A DNA stretch of 64,000 nt from Candidatus Woesearchaeota archaeon (GTDB lineage Archaea > Nanobdellota > Nanobdellia > SCGC-AAA011-G17 > JACPIM01): NCBI GenBank assembly GCA_964513145.1, contig CAZELK010000005.1, positions 21,488 to 85,487 on the forward strand, given 5' to 3'. A model generated the notes under the pieces. It was not told the DNA's origin. It was given only the letters and a program-made list of their open reading frames with translations, and made no database searches. Position 1 is the first letter of the stretch; each line of letters starts with the position of its first letter. Position numbers and translations under genes: made by a program. Shown here piece after piece: positions 60,068 through 64,000 of this stretch.

Positions 60068-60220
60068 TTATTTAAAGATTTCTTTAATAAAATTAGTAAA
60101 AAAATCAATTAATTCTGAAGAGGAACTTCTTAAAAAAAATATTATTGCAATAATAACTATTAAACCTATTAGCAAGGCAATTATTTTTTCAAATGGCAGT
60201 GAAAGTCCTTTTTTGTTCAT
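60068..60220 (-). CDS. Minimal pilin-like peptide (50 aa)
   Basis: Manual translation MNKKGLSLPFEKIIALLIGLIVIIAIIFFLRSSSSELIDFFTNFIKEIFK*; ATGA overlap with the upstream gene. Confidence 0.7.
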   Translation of the reverse strand: MNKKGLSLPFEKIIALLIGLIVIIAIIFFLRSSSSELIDFFTNFIKEIFK

Positions 60221-60360
60221 CTTAAACGGAATAATTTTGTTAAATCTAGATCATAAAGATTTTTAATTAAAATATAAGTAATTAACAATAATATAAGCAA
60301 TATGGCTGGATATAAAATTATCTTTGGTATTACTTCTGTTTCAAGTGCTTTTTTGTTCAT
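60217..60360 (-). CDS. Minimal pilin-like peptide (47 aa)
   Basis: Manual translation MNKKALETEVIPKIILYPAILLILLLITYILIKNLYDLDLTKLFRLR*; ATGA overlaps on both sides. Confidence 0.7.
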   Translation of the reverse strand: MNKKALETEVIPKIILYPAILLILLLITYILIKNLYDLDLTKLFRLR

Positions 60361-61022
60361 CTTATTGAGGTGCATGTATTCTTTATATAATTTGGCGATT
60401 TTAAAGCAATGGATGCATAAAAATCAGGTGTGTATCCCGAAATATAACTAATGGCTGTAAAAGAATCAATAGAGGTTCTATCTTTAGCAGCGACTATTAC
60501 TGTATATAAAGTTGTATCTTTATTTATTTTATCAAAATCAATATTTTCCCTGAACTGGTATATCCCCTTATAATTGTCTTCTGCAGCTAAATAATTTCTA
60601 AGAATGCCAGGGTTTAATTCATCAACTTCGTTTTTAAATTTAATTTTTGAACAAATAAAGCATGCTTTTTTTTGTTCTCCTTCAAAATCTTTCAAAAAAT
60701 TTAATTTCCCCTGACCAAACATTAGCCAACAATTATACAGACTTTTTGCCAATAAATCTTTTACATATTCTGGCTCAATTTCATTAGTTATTATTTCCTG
60801 AGTTTTACAGCCACTTAATTCTTCTAATGAAGTAATTCCTAGGCCTGGCAGGGTAGATTTTTGAACACTTAACTGGCAAGCACTAATATCAAAGAATTCT
60901 TCCTGTGCTGGATTTAATTCATTTCTTATATAAGCTAAAAAAGCAACAGCAAAGACTAGAATTAAAATTAAATAAATTATAGATTGGAATGAAATATCTA
61001 TTCCCTTTTTATTAATATACAT
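60357..61022 (-). CDS. Class III signal-peptide (pilin-like) protein
   Basis: MYINKKG|IDISF followed by a hydrophobic helix; CQLSV, CWLMFG and CFICSKI. Confidence 0.65.
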   Translation of the reverse strand: MYINKKGIDISFQSIIYLILILVFAVAFLAYIRNELNPAQEEFFDISACQLSVQKSTLPGLGITSLEELSGCKTQEIITNEIEPEYVKDLLAKSLYNCWLMFGQGKLNFLKDFEGEQKKACFICSKIKFKNEVDELNPGILRNYLAAEDNYKGIYQFRENIDFDKINKDTTLYTVIVAAKDRTSIDSFTAISYISGYTPDFYASIALKSPNYIKNTCTSIR

Positions 61023-61135
61023 TAAATCTCACCAATATATTTTTAATGATAATAGAAATAAAAATAATTAAAACTATTACTAAAATAATTTCAATAATTG
61101 TTTTTAGATCTGCTTGTTTATTCATTTAATACCAA

Positions 61136-63367
61136 CTATTTATTTATTAAGTTAAATAAAGTACCTTTCAAGTCATCTAATTCATTTAATAAATTAATTA
61201 CTGTTTTGGTTTTATTTGGCAAGGCTTTAACTTTATCATTTAAATTATAAGCTAGGCTATATAACTCCTCAACTTTTTTCTTGTCTCTTCTCCATAATTC
61301 ATTAAAATTATCAATTGTATCATTTAATTTTTGAATCATATTATCTAGCTCTTTTTCTAATTCTCTGTTTTCGCTTTCGGAGGCTTTTTTTATTCTTAAT
61401 CCGAATAATTCCTGATCTAATTTACCTAAAGTCTCTAATTCATTTAAAAGTGGTTTATCGGGTGATTCTGAGAGTTTATCGTACAAATTAGAAGATTTTA
61501 GGATAATATCCAAAACATTTTTTTTATCTTTTCTCCATAAGCTTTCAAAATTAGCAATTGTATCTCTTAATTCTTGAATTGTTTTATTTATTTCTTTTTG
61601 TTCTTCTTCTAATGTGTTTTTTGGCGGTTCTTTTAATTTAGAGTTCAACTTTGCTAATTTAACGCCTACACTTGATAAAGCAGATTTCAATTCATAACTA
61701 AGATCCGGCTCGTTTAAGAAGCCAGCATAAGCACCAGCAATTTCGGTAAAAAATGCTGTTTCTTCTTTTGAAAGTGGTTCAGTTTCTAATTTCTTTAAAA
61801 AACTTGCAAGGAAATTATCATATTTAGTTAGCTCGTCTAAAAGCGTTTTATTTGCTTGTAATTTTTTAGTATCCTCCGTTGCTTCATCTTTCGTTTTCCT
61901 TTTTATTATTTCTTCATTTATTTTATTACCCAGACTAATAATCTTTTTAAGATAAGGTATTAGACTTTTGTCAACATCAGCAGTATTTAGTTCATTGTAA
62001 GTTTTAGCTGCAATTTTTAAAGTTGAATTTATTCTTTCAATTTCACTTTCCCATAATTTATCAAAATTTTTAATAATAAATTCTAGTTCGGATATTAGCC
62101 TAGAAATGAGATTTTTTGCTTCCTGAAGTTCTTCTGATGTTATTCCTTCTATTGGTTCTTCTTTTTCTGAGTCTTCTTTTAATATGTTTTTTTCTTCATC
62201 ATCTGTTTCTTTTATTTTTGTTTCTATATTTGACAATACTTTTTTGATGCCTTTAATATATTGTGAACTTGGATATTTGCTAATGAATTTGCTAAATAAT
62301 ACCTTCAAAGGAGAATATTCTTTTTCAAGTTCTTCTTTGTCTATTTTATGCAATTCGTAGTTTTTTAAAAAGTCGGAAAATATAACAAAAGATTCTCTTA
62401 ATTTTTCAAAATCTTCATCTTCAGATAATCCTGTTTCTTTGTTTACTTTTTCCAGTTCTTTTTTTTCTTCCTGAAGTTTATTGCTTTCATAAGCTGCTTT
62501 AAGCCTTGGTTGTTCAACTTCTTCTTTGTATTTTTCATATAAGACTTCTATCTGACTGAGCTGTTTTAATACTTCATCAGTATATTTTGTCCCCCTATAT
62601 TTTGTTAAAAATTCATCTATACTTGCTCGTGCTGATTTATACCTTTCTTCAAAATGCAATTTATCAAATGGCTCTTGATTAGGAAGGGCAAGAAAATAAT
62701 TTATTAATTTTTGAAGTTTTTTATAATCTCCTTTTGCATTACTATCAACTTTGAGAGCAGCATTATAAGTTACTCGTGTAGGTCCAAACTCTCCTTCTCG
62801 CAACTCTGTCGGTGCTCTACTCCAAAAAAACCATACAATAAGCCCAATTAAACCGAAAATTATCACATAAGACAATATATCTGCTCCTTGAAAATCAAAA
62901 ATTCTACTGCCTAAAGCAGGACCAAATAAAGAAGCCAATATTACTGCAGTAATTATTGAACCTATTATCGACGCTTTTTTATGTGTTTCAAATTTCTTGA
63001 AGATTAATTGGGAAATAATCAAGAATAATATTAAAAGAACTATTGGGCCGAAATAACCAAGATTAAAATCAAATTTTCTTTCCATTAAACCAAAACCAAT
63101 TGCCAGTATCAAACTAAGAAAAATTGGCGTTGGCTTGCCAAGTGTGTCTTCAAGAAGTTTTTTTGTCAACCCCAATAATAAGCCAAATATTAACAGGATG
63201 TCTATCCATTCATAATTCGAATTATAAAAATTTAAAATTCCCGGAAGGGAAAAATCAATACCCAAACTGGGAAATGAACCAAAACCCTGGTTATAGAAAT
63301 ATTGTGCACTAACTAAAGGCAATAATGTCATTAATACTATTATAAACGTGAATATTTTTAGTTTCAT
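61136..63367 (-). CDS. Multi-TM membrane protein with long helical-repeat cytoplasmic region
   Basis: Signal plus several TMs; two FLxKYxxxxY repeats and three NFxxLW repeats. Confidence 0.7.
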   Translation of the reverse strand: MKLKIFTFIIVLMTLLPLVSAQYFYNQGFGSFPSLGIDFSLPGILNFYNSNYEWIDILLIFGLLLGLTKKLLEDTLGKPTPIFLSLILAIGFGLMERKFDFNLGYFGPIVLLILFLIISQLIFKKFETHKKASIIGSIITAVILASLFGPALGSRIFDFQGADILSYVIIFGLIGLIVWFFWSRAPTELREGEFGPTRVTYNAALKVDSNAKGDYKKLQKLINYFLALPNQEPFDKLHFEERYKSARASIDEFLTKYRGTKYTDEVLKQLSQIEVLYEKYKEEVEQPRLKAAYESNKLQEEKKELEKVNKETGLSEDEDFEKLRESFVIFSDFLKNYELHKIDKEELEKEYSPLKVLFSKFISKYPSSQYIKGIKKVLSNIETKIKETDDEEKNILKEDSEKEEPIEGITSEELQEAKNLISRLISELEFIIKNFDKLWESEIERINSTLKIAAKTYNELNTADVDKSLIPYLKKIISLGNKINEEIIKRKTKDEATEDTKKLQANKTLLDELTKYDNFLASFLKKLETEPLSKEETAFFTEIAGAYAGFLNEPDLSYELKSALSSVGVKLAKLNSKLKEPPKNTLEEEQKEINKTIQELRDTIANFESLWRKDKKNVLDIILKSSNLYDKLSESPDKPLLNELETLGKLDQELFGLRIKKASESENRELEKELDNMIQKLNDTIDNFNELWRRDKKKVEELYSLAYNLNDKVKALPNKTKTVINLLNELDDLKGTLFNLINK

Positions 63368-63371
63368 TTTT

Positions 63372-64000
63372 CTAAATTAATTTTGTCTTTAATTCCAAAA
63401 GTGATTTTTTTCTTAATGGCAATGTGCTGTTTGACAGATCTGTCAAAGTAACTATTGCTTCATTTAAAGAATCCCTGTCTTTAACTGATATTTTTTTAGA
63501 AAGATCCAAAAAAGTATCTTTGATATCATCTGTCTGCTGCGGTTTCTTATTTACTAAATTTCCAATTAATAACTTAATATAAGCATTGTTTGTCATATTT
63601 AAAGAAATGATTTTATTGTTTACATCTTCCAAAGTTAATTTTCTTTCTATTTCCAAATTATATATTTTCTCAATTTTTCTTATGTTACTTTTGACACCTA
63701 AATTATACAGGAACTTTGTATTTAATGAAAAATACTGACCATAAGTATTTGCTATAATTCTTCTAAGCAAGATTCTTTGATTATCTGTTATTGAAAGATC
63801 TTTTTCAATATATGCCACTAAGATTTTTAATAATGATAATGTGTTTGATATTTCCTGGAGAGAAAATTCTATGTTTTTGTTTAAGCTTGAGTTTCTGTAG
63901 TATTTGTTGTATTCTTCTGTTGACTTATTTAGAACTTCTGACAGATATTTTACAGAATAATTTTCAAATGTTGCTATTATTTTATTGATGTTGTTAAGGA
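63372..64000 (-). CDS. Hypothetical protein (5' end beyond window)
   Basis: The frame of ORF 63372-63818 stays open to the window edge. Confidence 0.55.
   Translation of the reverse strand, partial: LNNINKIIATFENYSVKYLSEVLNKSTEEYNKYYRNSSLNKNIEFSLQEISNTLSLLKILVAYIEKDLSITDNQRILLRRIIANTYGQYFSLNTKFLYNLGVKSNIRKIEKIYNLEIERKLTLEDVNNKIISLNMTNNAYIKLLIGNLVNKKPQQTDDIKDTFLDLSKKISVKDRDSLNEAIVTLTDLSNSTLPLRKKSLLELKTKLI

Overview
Low-GC (very AT-rich) chromosomal segment of a DPANN archaeon (Woesearchaeota/Pacearchaeota-like; lineage inferred from gene content and protein style). It has archaeal housekeeping blocks (ftsZ-secE-spt5-rpl11; rpl44e-rps27e-aIF2a-nop10-PAC2; rpl40e-aIF5A; cdc6, GINS, RPA, truD, rtcA, EF-1beta, radA). 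These are interspersed with many small toxin-antitoxin/HTH-nucleotidyltransferase cassettes, several of them broken, and with large surface proteins and an array of ten consecutive class III signal-peptide (pilin-like) genes. The most striking locus is 7.85-9.75 kb: an initiator tRNA-Met gene that parses with FOUR introns (7/8, 28/29, 37/38, 43/44), each with a bulge-helix(-bulge) splicing motif. It is sandwiched between two free-standing LAGLIDADG endonuclease genes, whose upstream regions share two sequence motifs with the radA region; RadA itself carries two LAGLIDADG inteins. A tRNA-Arg(GCG) with a 57-nt D-loop intron marks the start of an att-bounded MNT-HEPN islet. No rRNA genes, CRISPR arrays, integrases or intact transposases were seen. 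All family assignments are by motif recognition only; no database search was run.
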